DNA of 64,000 nucleotides from the NCBI GenBank assembly GCA_965213685.1, contig CBDBZY010000064.1, positions 1,536,001 to 1,600,000 on the forward strand, written 5' to 3'. Shown here in pieces: positions 26,863-40,782 of the stretch. Every line of letters starts with the position of its first letter. Position 1 is the first letter of the stretch. This stretch comes from a bacterium (GTDB taxonomy: Bacteria; UBA8248). The notes under the pieces are model-generated. The model saw only the letters and a program-made list of their open reading frames with translations. It did not search any database and was not told the DNA's origin. The position numbers and the translations under genes are program-made.

Positions 26863-29800
26863 TCAATCGCTACACAATGTCTGCTGAAGCTGCTCTGCTA
26901 GCCAATCTTTCTCACTGTCCCTCAGTACTTCTATGAGCTTTCTCCAGGTAGTAGGCCGTACCCCATTCCCTGCAAGCCAGTGGACCATCATTGCTTGGCA
27001 GCATCCTAGAGAATTCTGCTGCCCATTTTGAGATTCTATAAAAGCCAGCTGAGTTCCTCCGGCGTCAAAATCCAACAGTGCTCCAACAATTCTCCAGAAG
27101 GGAGCAACAGACTTTAGCACCTCAATTTGGTCCCCAGCTTTATTCTTGATCATAGTAAGTTGTTTGAGTGTTGGCTTGCAGTCTGAAAACCGGAAAGCAA
27201 TATATGCCGGTACATACACTTTGTGTACAGAGCTCCTCCTCCCCCTTACCCCTGTCCTCCACAAAAACAAACAAAAACCAGGAGAGTAGTTGTGGTCTAT
27301 CACAAGTATAAGCACAAGGTGACCTCTTGCCAAATGTTTCCTTCAAAAATGAAAAGGAGGCAGCACTACTACAGAAACTACAGGTACATGTATGTGTACG
27401 GATGACAGCATCAGGGCAGGCAAAGATCAAAGCGACCCCATCTGTACCTAATTGTGCGAGCAGGAGCGAGCCCACCTAGTTGTAGCACTGGAGCGGATTT
27501 CTATATTTCCATATATACATGTACATCTATAGATACATGGTTCAATCCCGGGTGGCTGCTGGTTTCACAGTTCTCTAAAACTATTCCCAAGCCTTTTCTC
27601 ACGTATGTCATCCAGCAATGCCACCTTTTGGTCCCCGCGGACCCCCATGCTACGTGCAAATGTAAAGCTGGCTGGATCACATCCGGTTGCTTGGTAAAAC
27701 AGGACTGCCGGAGTGAATTGGACCTCTCTACGTGTTACAAGAAGGCTTTGGACAGTGTATTGCGACTCACAATTCGGAGTACCCCTGTCCTTTACCTCGT
27801 CAACGCTCAGAGCACAGCTACCGTTCGTTGCATTGTTACACACGGCAAGGGTAAGCTAGCTTGCAGCCCACTCTAGGGACTCGTTTACTGGTCATGTGAC
27901 AAGGCAGGACTAGGGCTAGACCAGACTGCGACTAGCTTGTGGACATCGTATGAAGTTGTTGTACCTCAGAAGCTGTTTACTACATCTATGCTTCCAACAG
28001 GCTGAGAAAGTGACTTGGCTGTTGGTGTACATGCAGTGTGTTCATGCATCACTTTAGAGCGAAGCAGGCAATTTCTCCGTAACCATGGACATTAACTTTG
28101 TCTCTAAGAGGCCAGTCTGAAGGGTTGTACATTACACCTAGTAATTCAACATTGTACTTCGGCTGCTCTTGGAAATATTACTACTTTCATAAGATCTTCT
28201 ATCCATGTACATGTATATAGTGCATGAACCATAATTATCAAACTTATCATTCAAGATAACATCTGATTATTGCAGCTAGCTCGCTCCCACTCGCCCACAA
28301 TGCTCGGCATTCTACTAGTATGTGTGATTGTGTTGTACAATAGTACAGCACAAGATAAGGCTACCTATGGAGACTTTATCCAACTCTTCCAAACATGCAG
28401 TAACCTTTGTCACCACATTGCAATGGTGTGTGTAATTAATACGCAAGGTTTTACAAGGCCAAACACCATGAGGCCAGGATTTGTATGAGTAGAAAGCATC
28501 TATAACCAGAGCTGGAATGGATGGCTAGGGACCTAGAATGTGAACATTCAAGAGTTTAGAAGGCTGCACTATATGCATGTTGGCTTTTCTTACACATATA
28601 ACAAAATACACAAATTAATACATCAGCACACTTACCCAGTGGGTGAACTGCTTCAGCTTGAGGGTGTGAGGGATCTGTTGAAGAAACTGGTGATGCTACA
28701 CTGGTTCTTTCTGTAAAGGTAAGTAAGGACACTGCAATATAACTGAGCTATGCCATTCAGTATGTGTCTACTAACCTAACAAGTAAGTGGGAATTTTCTG
28801 GGCTATCACTTTAGCCAGCCCCCGGTAGTTTCCTCCAGCCTTGTGCTCCACTGAGTCCACCAGAACCTGCCATGTCCTAGGCAAAAGAGTCACTCCCTCT
28901 ATCCAGAGTTTGAGCATGGCTGTCTCACGTTCTGCAACACTCTGGTAGTCTGGGCTGACTCTGATGGCCTCCAGACCAGCCACAGGCACTCCCATCGCTA
29001 CTCCCATCTGGTACCATCGAGCGGCTACTCTGTTTCCCAAGAGTTGACGGATGTAGGCCAGAATGCTTCCTGTATCTTGGTCTGAGTGGGCTGCAGTGAA
29101 AAAGGTTCACAAATTCTGTACATGTTGTGAATGAAAACATGCAGATACATGTACATGTACACAATTATACAAGGAAGGGATCTTTCCTTTCTTGTTATAT
29201 CAGACAAAAGTATGCTAGCATCCCATACACCATCATGTGAAAACAGTGTATACAACTGTATGTAAGTACTCAAGAATTAGGTATCACATTGCTTCTGATG
29301 TGTATAGTTAATAGCACGGTTGAGAGTGCAATATGGGGATTAATAGCACGAGTAACTGGCACTGGTAAGGCGTGAAATTGCACGAGGTGAAGCCGAGTGC
29401 TATTTGCATTACCAGTGCCAGTTACGAGTGCTATTAATCCCATATTGCACTCTCAACTGCGCCATTAATTGTTAGTTGTACGATGTACATAGTTTCTATG
29501 AGCAGTGCAAGATCAGCCTTAGCAACGTGCAATATCACCCCTAGTAACGTGCAATATTGCACTCCGTTTGTACAGTTGCTCCCATAGAGAATATAGACAT
29601 CGTATGATTAAGATATCTAATGGTCCTATATTCATCAGTAATAGCCATGGTACTAGAGGTGTAGTGGGCCATATGGATACTAGCCCTGAGAGGGAAGTAA
29701 CCAGAGTACTTGTGATTTTGACAATGAAAGGGTTGGTCTGAAAGCAATTCAATCAAGCCCATACCATGCTACATTCCTCGCACTGTGCCTTTGTCGAAAT

Positions 29801-32800
29801 ATGAAGTTGTGTTTCTGGCAAAGGGGAAACGAGGTTCTGAAATTACCTGTTTGCAGTTCCCACTGACATAAGTGTGGGCTACCACTATACACAAGGTTCA
29901 AGGTCTCTCACTGGACAAAATAGTTATAGATATGAAAGGTGGTTGGTTTAGCCCTGGTTAAGCCTCTGTGGCATTCAGTCGTGTCCAAACCCTAGCAGGA
30001 CTGCATATACTGAAATTCAATGCCAAAGCCATTGAGACTAACTGTTGCATTCATTTGTCTACCTGTCGGAACTCTAGTTCCCAGACCAAACGCTGGACAC
30101 GAAAAGAAGACTTACTAATGTGTGTCACGAAGCAAACCACTAACTGGGAGTGCTGTCCGCGAGAAGTCAGCTTTTGTCCTCAACAGTTAACTACATGTAG
30201 GAGGGCAGCCTGCGATCTCTCATTGTGTAGTGTGTAAATTAAAACTGTCAGTATTTTTTGTCAATTGTTGTAGATTGCTGTAAGCTTGTAGCAGAGGTGT
30301 ACCCGGGGGGGTTCGAGGGGGTTCGTATGAGTCCCCTTAAATTGTTGAACAGCTGATCTTTTTGAATTCTCCACATTTAGCGTAGGTTTTGTCATCACGC
30401 ATTCTTTATATTATATGACTATTTTCATACCTAGAGTGCGAGACTTAAACAGGAATGGCACAAAGAAGGAAGTATGATGAGATAGACCACATTGATGAGC
30501 TTCACAAGCCCATGTCCAGCATGAGAATGCACGGTGCCATAGTAGCTCTCCCACCAGTCAAAAAGGGATGCAAGTCAATCTCTTTTGAAGGAACATTAGC
30601 AGATAAAACTTCCAAGGTAGAAATAAGTTATGGGGAAGGTTATGAGGTCATGCTGAAGACTACCACACACATCAAAGAATCACCTAAGAAGATTGTTCAT
30701 TAAAAGCTGAAATGTCTACAGCTCCCACCACAATAACACTTGACAGTTTGCCTGATCTTGAGAAGGTGACTGTTAGGATTAAAATTGTCTTTGCAAGGGA
30801 AACATCGAAGCAAAACTTATCCTGATGTACAGTGACAATGAAGCACAAAGAAGATAACCCAAGTTAGTGCCTTTGGACAAATAATTCGTGAAGTTGCTGG
30901 GAGTATGCTGCTGCTCATCTTTAATCACTTTGATTGATTCATTATACCATATTGACAGACCTTTTACTACATTGTCTACCTTCATTCATGACTATTCTGA
31001 TTTGTTCTGTATTATATGTACCAGGTACAAACATGATACAGACTCATTTGTTACCAAACAATATAAGGTTTGCATGGTGTGAGTGTGTGCGTGGTGCCTC
31101 ACGAATAACGTGGTGGCCACCGAGGGTTTAGCACTTCCATTGCTCTTACATTCTGTAAGTGACCAATCCCATATACATGTACATGCACAAAGAAAGTGTA
31201 TACATGAGGTTGAGCATAGTACTGTACCAATATACATGTATGTACTTGTGTCTACAGGTCATATGCAGATTTGGTAGTCCAGACATTCTGATCACAGACC
31301 AAGGAAGGGAGTTTTTAAATGACTTGTCCACAGAGCTACATTCTATCACAAAAACTGATTACAGAATTACCAGTGCCTATCATCCACAGGTACATGTATA
31401 TGGTAGAACATACAACTACAAGAACAAAGTAGTCTACATTTTCCTTTTGTGTGTATCATAATTGATTGATATTAAATCCATGTGCTTTTTAATCACTGAT
31501 GACCTACATGTACTTTACACGTAGACAAATGGACTCACAGAGTGGTTCAATCAAACCCTGTGTCAATGCCTTGCTAAAGTATGCAATGAAGAGCACAATA
31601 ACTGGACACTGTTATATAAGATACATGTACATGTATATGACAGTATGCCACCTAAATCCACTCTTTACATAGAACCACTCAAGCTGGGCAGCAAGGGAAG
31701 TGGTGACTCAGTACTTGCTCACATGCACGTTACTTACCTTGCCGTATATACAGTTTACCAGTACATACTTACATGCACAGGCCTTGCCACCAGATTATTG
31801 CTCAGGGCTAGGCTCCACCCCAACTGCTACTGCGCATGAGCAGAATGTGTGGCACTCGGAGACTAAGTCGAAAGTATGTCCAAAAAATATTAGCCAGGGC
31901 CGGGTCTCGAAGCCGGGGATGAGTCCGACTCTCCTGCTGTGGGTATGCTCCCTTCCCTGCCCCTCCTTGACCCTGGCACATCCGCCACGTGTGGCCTAGA
32001 CGTCCTGGCTGCTGCAGCAGATGCGGACGTGAACAGACAGAAGCCTATTCAAGCATCCCTCTCCCTCTTGTCGCAGCCTGGGCCGTTCAACCCAGCGGCA
32101 TCACTATCGATGAAGGTTGTCCAGAAGATACTAGATCTCAAATTCATGGAGACGTCGGAAGTGACGATAGATGACATGTTGCCAGCAGTGCCTGGGCGGC
32201 TCCATCACCAGCTTGGCTTCCCATCACTGATATACATGTATCTCAGTGGGTAGAATGCTTCTCTCTCATGGCGGCAGTGCTCTGCTCCAAGTTCCCCGAC
32301 AAGACGGGTGAGCTGTTTTCCTATCAGGCTTCCATTGTGCGTGCAGAATGCAACTATGAGGGGAAGAGATGGGTAGCGTACGACTGTCAGTACCGCTGGC
32401 AGGCCTTGGCAAAGCAGGACCTAAACTGGTCAGTGATGGATCCTCACCTGTACAATGAGGCGTTCACAGGTTGGGCCTGTCTCATTGCCAGATGCAATTA
32501 CTGCCTGCAGGATGACCATGCGGCAAATCAATGCCCGCGCAACCCACATCGACCAATTTTCAGGTGGTTCCCGGACCCCATGACGTGGGCGGGCCAGCCC
32601 CTGTTCAGCCCCCCTTCCTTCTCACGAGGTCATCCTGCCTCATCAGAGGTCTGCCGTCAGTTCAAAGAGGATCGTTGTCGATTTGCCTGCTGTCGCTATC
32701 ACCATCAGTGCTTCTGATTGTGGGGGGATCACCCCCTAGTGGGCTGCCCTCAGCATACAGCTCAGTGAAGCAGGTCCCCTCAGGCTGCCCTCGGGCGCAG

Positions 32801-35800
32801 CACCAGCTCTTCGGCATCAGGGTTCACAGCCCCTATGCACCCATGAGGCATGTTGACCCCTGGATGAAGTATGTGGGGACACATCAAAGACCTAGTCAGG
32901 TCATTTCCCTTGCTATCATCATTGTTTGTTGATTTCTCAGGTCGGAGCTTATTCATGCTCCGCAATTGGTAATTGATTCCTGGATCACTGGCAAGCGGGT
33001 TAGAATTGCGCAGGCCCACATAACTTCATTGCACCCAGCAGATGCATCTGAGCCATACATTAATCTTCGTACCACTGTTGGAACAGGGCCTTGCTGCAGG
33101 GCAGTACAGTTAGTTCCTTCGGGTGAGGGCGAGCAAGTGAGCATGTGCTAAGGACGTGTGAACTAACACCAGTTGCTGGACGCTAGTACCACACTAATGC
33201 TGCATGCCCTACCGTGTGAAAGGTAGACGCTTGCGCACATGCAAGTGGTACCCCCTCATGTACACATGCACACAAACACACACACACATGAACACACACA
33301 AATCACTTAACCATGCTAGTGATATACTACCAGTAAGCATTGTAGGGCCACCGCAGTGGCAGCTGTATCTGTGCCCAGGCACATTGCATTAGCATTCAAA
33401 AAAGAAGTTGTAGGAAGGATCACTCTTCACTTTCTACCACCTCAGGGATCGCGGGTCTGTACGTGTACACTACTGATCTCCTGTGCCTCGAGTTCTGCAG
33501 GAGACCAGGAGCTGCCCAGCTCCCCGAGTTGCAACATGTCACCACCCCACTCATCGTGCAGGTATGGGCTAGCACCCTATCATGCCACCCAGACATCTGC
33601 TGTGGCCTCCAGTTTGGGTTTTGGATCGGGTTCAAAAGATCAGTTCGGCTTCAGTCGGCCTCAAGTAATATGGGCTCTGCCTGCGAGCATCTATCATGTC
33701 CAAATACCTCTCAAAGGAGGTGGCTCTTGGTCGCATGTTGGGCCCATACACCAGATCCGATCATCTTTCCTCAGCCAATGTCAACCGTTTCGGGGTTATC
33801 CCCAAGGGACACTGGTAGATAGCGACTTATCACTGACCTGTCATTTCCTCGGGGCCACAGTGTCAACAATGGCATTGACCCCAGCTTGTGTCCCTCTCCT
33901 ATTCCACACTCGATGAGGTGGCAGACCTTGTGGCGAGGCACAGATGACCGCCCTCTCTTGGGTATGGAATGGGAGGGTCAGATCTTTATTGACCCAATGT
34001 TGCCGTTTGGGCTTTGATCAGCCCCAAAGATTTTTAATACGGTGGCTGACACCTTGGCTTGGCACCTGCACCGGGCTGGTATACCGTTCATCCGGCATTA
34101 CCTCGATGATTTTATCATTGTGGCACCTCCTACCTCCAGTCAGTGCCAAGAGTCATTGTCAATCCTGGATCATGAATGCCAGGCTCTCGGGGTGCCCATT
34201 GCAGACCATAAACGCGATGGTCCTACTACCTGCCTGACATATTTGGAGATTGAAGTGGACACAGAAATGGGCCAGTTGAGACTGCCTGATGACAAACTCC
34301 GGCGTGTGAAGTCCCTGCTGCGTGAGTGGGGGGCCCGGTGTGCCTGCACACGAAAAGAGCTGGAGTCACTGATTGGTCTCCTAAATCACGCCTGTAAAGT
34401 GGTACGATCTGGCCGATCATTCCTCAGGTGCATGATTGACCTCCATTTGGTCCATCGTCCTCCCAACTCTCCTCTCCCAATCAGGTTTAATCAGGGGTTT
34501 CGAGCAGACCTGGCATAGTGGCGCCAAATTCCTAGAAAAATGGAACGGAGTCTCTTTCCTGCTCCCACCAGCCTACCTGCCCGGGGTCAACATGACCTTA
34601 GGTGCATCAGGCTCCTGGGGCTGTGGTGCATTATGCACATCCTATGTTGCCTTGTGTTCATAGAGGCTACGTTCAATTTCTCCATTGCCCCTGTGTATAT
34701 AAGCACAAAGGAGAATGTTCCAGCAGATGACCTCTCTCGTAATTGTCTGGCTTCATTTTTCTCAAAGGTGCCACATGCAGACCACATTCCAACACCAACC
34801 CCAACTCAGCTGCTGGACCTCCTTGTGGAGAACAGGTCAACTAGACCAGTACAACCTGGCACCCGTGGTTCAGGAATATTTTCAGCGAGGATTAGCCAGT
34901 TCTACTCAATCAACCTGTAAAGCCGCCTTGAAAAAATTCTATATGTTTTGCACGAAATACGACATCTCGACCCCATTCCCTGTTACTGAGCAGATTCTCT
35001 GTTACTTCTCAGCTTTCCTAGCAAACCAGGGGTTGTCTCCCCAAACAGAGAAGTCTTATTTGGCAGCAGTGTACAGCATGCAAATCTCTTTGGGCTTGCC
35101 GGACCCCCAAGAACAGTCCTTAATGCTGATCCTCAAGAGGGTGCAGGCTGGGATCCGTCGGGTCAGGATGGAGAGGGGTAATGTCCATCACCATCTTACA
35201 TCCTCCCATCATCCTCATCAGTAGCTTCTATGGGCCATCTCAGCCTTAGCCTTTTTTGGCTTCTTCAGGCTCGGAGAGCTGCTGCCCGATAAGTTGCCAT
35301 TTAACCCACTGTCCCAGCTAGCATGGGGGGATGTTGCGGTGGACAGCCACCAACGTCCTCAGATGGTCCAGGTCCACTTGAAAAAATCTAATTTGGAACT
35401 GGCTCAGATGTGGTCGCTGGCCGTACTGACTCAGCATTATGCCCCGTACTGGCAATAGTTGATTATGTCGCTAAGAGGGGTGAGAGACCGGGCCCCTTCC
35501 TTACCATCAACATGAGGGATCCTGTCTTGAAGTCGTGGTTCATCACTCAGTTATAGGTGGTTTTAGCAGCTGTCGGGCTGCTACAAGACCAGTATGCAGG
35601 ACATAGTTTCCATGTGGGGGCTGCGACGATAGCAGCACTGGTCGGCATACAGGACAAGACTCTGGGTTGGTGGCACAGCGATGCTTTCCTTCAATATATT
35701 CATATGCCAAAAGGTAAACTGGCGAAGATGTCAAAGGTTTTGATGGGTGGTGACAGGCGGCTGCCAGCACCCCCAAGGGGTTCGAAGTAATCATTACCTA

Positions 35801-38800
35801 TGGTCACTAGGGTTCATTTTAACTGTGTCATCATAGCTTTCACATACGAGTGTCTCACCTCTTCATGTACGTTATATGGCTTAGTGTGTGTTCTATGCCA
35901 ATAGCTCGTTTGGCATATATTTTGTTATTCAATTCCTGTTTTGGAAGGTGATGCCCGTCCCCTCGCGTAAGACAAGAGATTGGGCGTCTCCATGGGCTGG
36001 GTTCGGTCCCTCTTCATGGGGGCCCTCATTACAGAGTCCCCCAAAACAGTGGGATTGCGTAATGCTGGCATGTGCCGGTCTCCCATGGCATGAGTGACAT
36101 TTTGGCGCCTGACCAGTGTGCATACTCACAGATTTGCGAAAGCAAGGCTATGCAATTAATTAACCCTGGTAGGCAATTAATCAACGTGTCAGGCCATGGG
36201 GTCACGTGCCAGGCGTTGCATTCCAGCCCGGCGCCTCCCAAAAGCTAGAGTGAGGTGCATTAGGGCCTTGCGCATATTCCATCAGGAGGACCAGAGTTAA
36301 ATACACAAAAAAGATGTAGGGAAGGGGCTACTTGTGTAGTCCTCTGTGCTGCCTACACACTATCATCCATACATCTAGCTTATGTGGTTTTTGGCACTGC
36401 CATCCCTACATCCCTCTACATTTTTGGAAAATGTTCTTTATACTTGTTTGTGTGATTTTTTGTTGTACCACAGTATCATACAGGAGGTTGTCGCTCTCTA
36501 AGTTAAGCACCAACACCTTTAGTATGCATGTATGTTAGTGTGTTTGTGGAAGAGGGGCTGAGCCCCTCAAAACTTAGACTTTAGCTACTTGGGAAGTATC
36601 AGTGGCTTCCAAGTACGACCTGGCGGATTATAGCACTGTTCACCACTGTGACATTTGCTAAGATTCTGTTTCCTTGGGATCATACTTGAAAGTGAAACTC
36701 AGTGATGCAATCTTGGGGGCATACCGATTGGCTGGAACAATGCCTCTTGGTGCTCAGAGGGTCTTGAAGAGAACACGAAGGTCTGCTATAAGAAGGCTTT
36801 TGTATGTACACACAATTAGTGTGTCAGCGCCATCCCTACATGAACAGTCTACCAACTCTGAAACAACAGCGAAGTAAGATACTGCTGAAACACAGGCCAC
36901 TCACTGCTATCATTCGCTTGGGAGAAATTACTAGGGTGTGGCTTTGCGTGATTGTGCGCGAGCGCGAGGAAAAGTCGTTTGAAAGAAATCTCTTAAGGTT
37001 ACGGCATAGTGTTTGCTAATTAATATTCATGAGATTTTTAGGTAGTATTTTTTTCAGCACAGAAATAACCTACAAGAACGCAGCAAACAGCAAACGAATC
37101 TATATATACCATATTTCATAGCTATATAGTTTTGTTGCTGCTACACCAATAGCATTCACACTGGTCAGGGAGTCCACCACCACAGCTTCGCGACATTTTT
37201 TGGTGTCAGTTTTTGCTTACATGAAGGTGTGCAACAACGGTTTCTTCACACAGGCGGGGCGTGTAGGACCTAATGCAGGTCGGCATAAAGAGTTTTGGGC
37301 TTTAGCTACCCTGTGAGCGAAGTAGTGACCGCTTTGGTGGCTTAAATCCATCATCAACCCACGATCTCCTCGACGTATCAGGCTCTACCTCGCAAACGAA
37401 ACGTCATGTATACAAAATTCTTTCATGCCGACCTAGTTATTTCATTGTATAATACGATCGACGAAGAATATATGGTGGAGCATTAGAACCGCGAGAGAAA
37501 ACTGACGCCAAAATTCTCGCGCTCGTCCATGCGCTACACCTAGCGGCTATACAGAACTCTCCCGCACGTTCAGCCACAGACGCTGCATAGCAATGAAGTG
37601 CAGTATACATTGGTTCTTAAGCTGTTTACTGCATTTCTCTAGCTTTTACCCCTACTGAGGAAATTAGTAGCTATTCTTCTTATTAATGAGCAAACACTAT
37701 CCCGTAACCTTAAGAGGAAGAAGAATCAGAAAGAAAAAGAAATCACCAGTTCACCTGTTTCCTGGCAGTAGGCCACTGGGACCAAGCCAGTTCGTGTCTG
37801 CCATTTTGCTCAATGCAATGCCTCTCCGTTTCACATCCATACAGCTAGTGCAATAATGGTCCCACATAAGCGCATGCGTATACGAGGCTATAGTGTGTGC
37901 ACACACGTACATAAGACAAGCAGGACACTAGACTATAGCCCATCCATCTGTGCAGGCTGTTGTAGCATGCAATGCAACTGCACCGAGGGTCTTCTTGAGG
38001 TCAGGACTGATATTCTGTAGTGCACCATGTAGGACTCCTTGGGACATATGCTGCATAGAACATGCTTACTTTGGCGCTCAGTGGCTGGGGCTGTGGAGTA
38101 GCTACACGTGTACGTCTTTTGGACAAAATGTACCTCATGCAAGGTATAAGGTACAGCAGTTGTGCTCTTCATACTCCATACTGTCCCAGAGTTAGACACA
38201 AGAAAACTACTTGACAAAAGTTGTGTATTTGTGATAATGTAATCCCAAAATAGTATGTGAGCCAGGTGCACTGGCAGAATGACTGGAGAGCTTTTGTTTG
38301 CTACTCATCATTGAAAGGACACATGTTTGGCCACGTACAGGTACATGTACATGTAGATATTGGCTCTAACAACTTGCACGTGATGGAGATGACTAGGCAT
38401 CAGGTATATGGTCTCTTGTCATGGCTGCTTGCACGTTAGTTCATCCACATACACCAGTACATGTACATTCTCTGTACGCTTGCCATCTTTCCCCAGTAGA
38501 TTATTAAGAAGTGTCTTTAAAATAAATGGAATAATAATTTGCGCATGTGAAGACAATTTGTACCAGGCTGTCTTTTTCGGCTTCTGCACCACGGCCTGGG
38601 AATGAGGCTACAGTAGACTGAGATGGGGTGGTATTAACCTAACATGCAGCAATCCAAGCTTACAAATGTCAATCTCTGAGGACATTTCAAGTGATGTTAG
38701 CCTGAGAGACCACATGTTTAAATGTCAATCTTCAGAAGAGAAGGTAAGGGATATTTAAAAACTGATCGAGCCTACAAGAGTTGATGATTAGAAACCATAT

Positions 38801-40390
38801 TTCGATCTGGAGTTGATATTCATTAATGTCTATGGAAGGTTTATATACATGTATATACATGTATGTCACAGATTTGACATTGATCTACAGTAGGCATGGT
38901 GTACAAAGAGTGATTCGGCACACCATACTAGTACTTACTGCTGACACTGGCTACTACACTATACAGTTGCCCATACATGCCCACATGCCCATATACATGT
39001 ACATGGTGCCTAGATTAATTAGCTCCTTACATCCATAATGTACACACCAATTGCAAGGTCATTTTTCCAATTGTGGTTGGGGTGCCTACTCACATGAGGT
39101 CTGGCTATGGGAACACTTCCTTGACTCAGTCTCAGTGGTACATGTCATAAAGATTGGCAACTTGTACGACATTGTACATGTACATATACATTGTACTTCT
39201 CTATGTACTTACATTGTACATGTAGCATAAGTGAGAGGCTACAATGTATACTTACCAACATTTTCAGTGCTCACACTCGTGGAGAATCCACTTGGTTCGA
39301 AACAGCAAAGACCTAAACAAGCAGAGTGCAGCTATCCTGAAAACCACAAAAACAATGTGATGGTGCATGAGGTTCTCATGCTTACCTCTGTAAGAACCAG
39401 TGATTCTCCTTGCCAAGACTTGGTGCGCTCCTCCAGAGGGAATGAAGACGGCTTGTACCAGTGATTTCCATGAGGCATCTCCACTCTGTAGCCACTCCAA
39501 CAAGGCCAGAGCAAGACATTCATCAACTGCTCTCCCGTGCCGCTGAATCTGGTCCTGACTAGTCACTCCCAGGTGCACAGAAAATGAATACCATCTGGCA
39601 GACAGCTCATGTAGAGCACGGAATAGGTAGGGCAGGTGCTCATCACCTGGAGTGGTAATACAGTTAGTGGCTATTGTGGAGACTACCAACTGAACATGTT
39701 CTACTTAGTGGGAGTGAGGGCCTAAGGAGACAAAAATACATGTACTTCTTTTTTATAGCCTCCTTGTCAAAGTACTCCTCCACCTGCCCGGAACCTGTAC
39801 TAAAGTACTGGATTCCCTGTTATTCAATACTAGGACCAAGGTTGATGAAAGCCCAATGTACATGTACAACGCATGTACACGAGTATGAACTACATGTACA
39901 TGAACAGCTGTACATGTACATGTACCTCCATGAACTGGCTGCTAATCTGCTACACATACGTCTGAGAGATGCTACAATACCAGTAGTAGAGCAGATGGAA
40001 ATTAGTCTAAGGGGCCATATTGGAGTAGGCCTTACTCCAGCAGGAGATAATTGCCAGGGTCAAAGTACACTGTACACACCTGTCAGTGTCTTGTGTTGGT
40101 TGGGTGCTCTACAGACACGAGGCAGTGAACACGGACCAGCATTGCTCATGCCATGAGTTTGTATAGAACAATAATTAGTCCTAACACGGATAGTTCTATC
40201 ATCCATGGTCCTATGAGACTGCCCTCGTGACTTACACAAGTCATCCATGTCATCTTCGTGAATCTTCGCCAGCAGGTCCGCCAGCGCCTTGTCCTCTCTC
40301 CTACTCGCTATGGAACACATGACAGGGCACATAGGACAGAGAATTATCTTCAAACTAAAGAGTATAACATCTATGTACGTACTTACACAT
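26863..40390 (-). CDS. Death-fold gene D: short N-terminal helix + three Death domains (DD1-DD2-linker-DD K type), with a ~10.3-kb TE-filled intron
   Basis: Exons: ATG-T at 40390-40387, 40307-40236 (SRREDKALADLLAKIHEDDMDDL), 39646-39386 (DD1, 261 nt as in gene A), 29090-28776 (DD2), 28710-28636 and 27182-26863 (DD3). All introns are phase 1. The join across the long intron is inferred from collinearity with gene A. Confidence 0.68.
29305..29470. mobile_element. Palindromic non-autonomous element (Crypton-like)
   Basis: Long inverted arms surround a central CGAGGTGAAGCCGAG motif. Confidence 0.45.
29740..30030 (+). mobile_element. Helitron/PIF1 helicase C-terminal remnant
   Basis: Translates with stops to QFPLT*VWATTIHKVQGLSLDKIVIDM...AFSRVQTLAGLHIL, the PIF1 motif V/VI region. 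Confidence 0.75.
31258..31610 (+). mobile_element. Intron-containing Gypsy-like integrase fragment (Ginger/GIN-type DNA transposon remnant)
   Basis: RFGSPDILITDQGREF...ITSAYHPQ, then a GT..AG intron (31390-31523), then TNGLTEWFNQTL. Confidence 0.7.
31900..35800 (+). mobile_element. Decayed tyrosine-recombinase retrotransposon (DIRS order, Ngaro-like)
   Basis: Gag-like ORF with a Cys/His finger (32268-32717), RT (LPFGL, YLDDF at 34042-34518), RNase H-like segment (ADDLSR) and tyrosine recombinase segments (FFGFFRLGEL, GHSFHVGAAT, LGWW.SDAF..YI). Multiple frameshifts. Confidence 0.85.
36997..37709. mobile_element. Non-autonomous Kolobok-type element with TTAA TSD
   Basis: TIRs GGTTACGGCATAGTGTTTGCT / AGCAAACACTATCCCGTAACC, TTAA on both sides. 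An empty-site paralog of the flanks lies at ~47196-47256. Confidence 0.7.
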
Positions 40391-40782
40391 TTCCCACAAC
40401 GACCGTCACGTGGGCGAGTACGCGTAGTACAATGATGTCACCAAGTTGTCTAACAATAGTTGCAAAAATTATCAACGTCTATGTGAAGCTGTTCTCGTAA
40501 AAATATCTGCTGCATGTTGGATGTGAATTGTGTACCATCAGAATTTGTGACACATGTATACAATTCAAGATGTGCCTGAGGGTATTGTGCAAGTTTCTGT
40601 GACAAACTGTGTGAACATCAAACCATTCCAATAAAGAATACTGAGAGATTAGTATGTGATCCTAGGCTCAAAAGGATTGCTATACAACCACTTGCAACAA
40701 TACAAATGCATACATTCGGTGAGTATAGACATGTGCATGTATAGTAAGACATGACTAATTCCACAATTGACACATAATCACT

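Noticed and set aside
30455-30900. Possible OB-fold/RPA-like ORF next to the Helitron remnant
   Set aside because: Too short and disrupted to assign from sequence alone.
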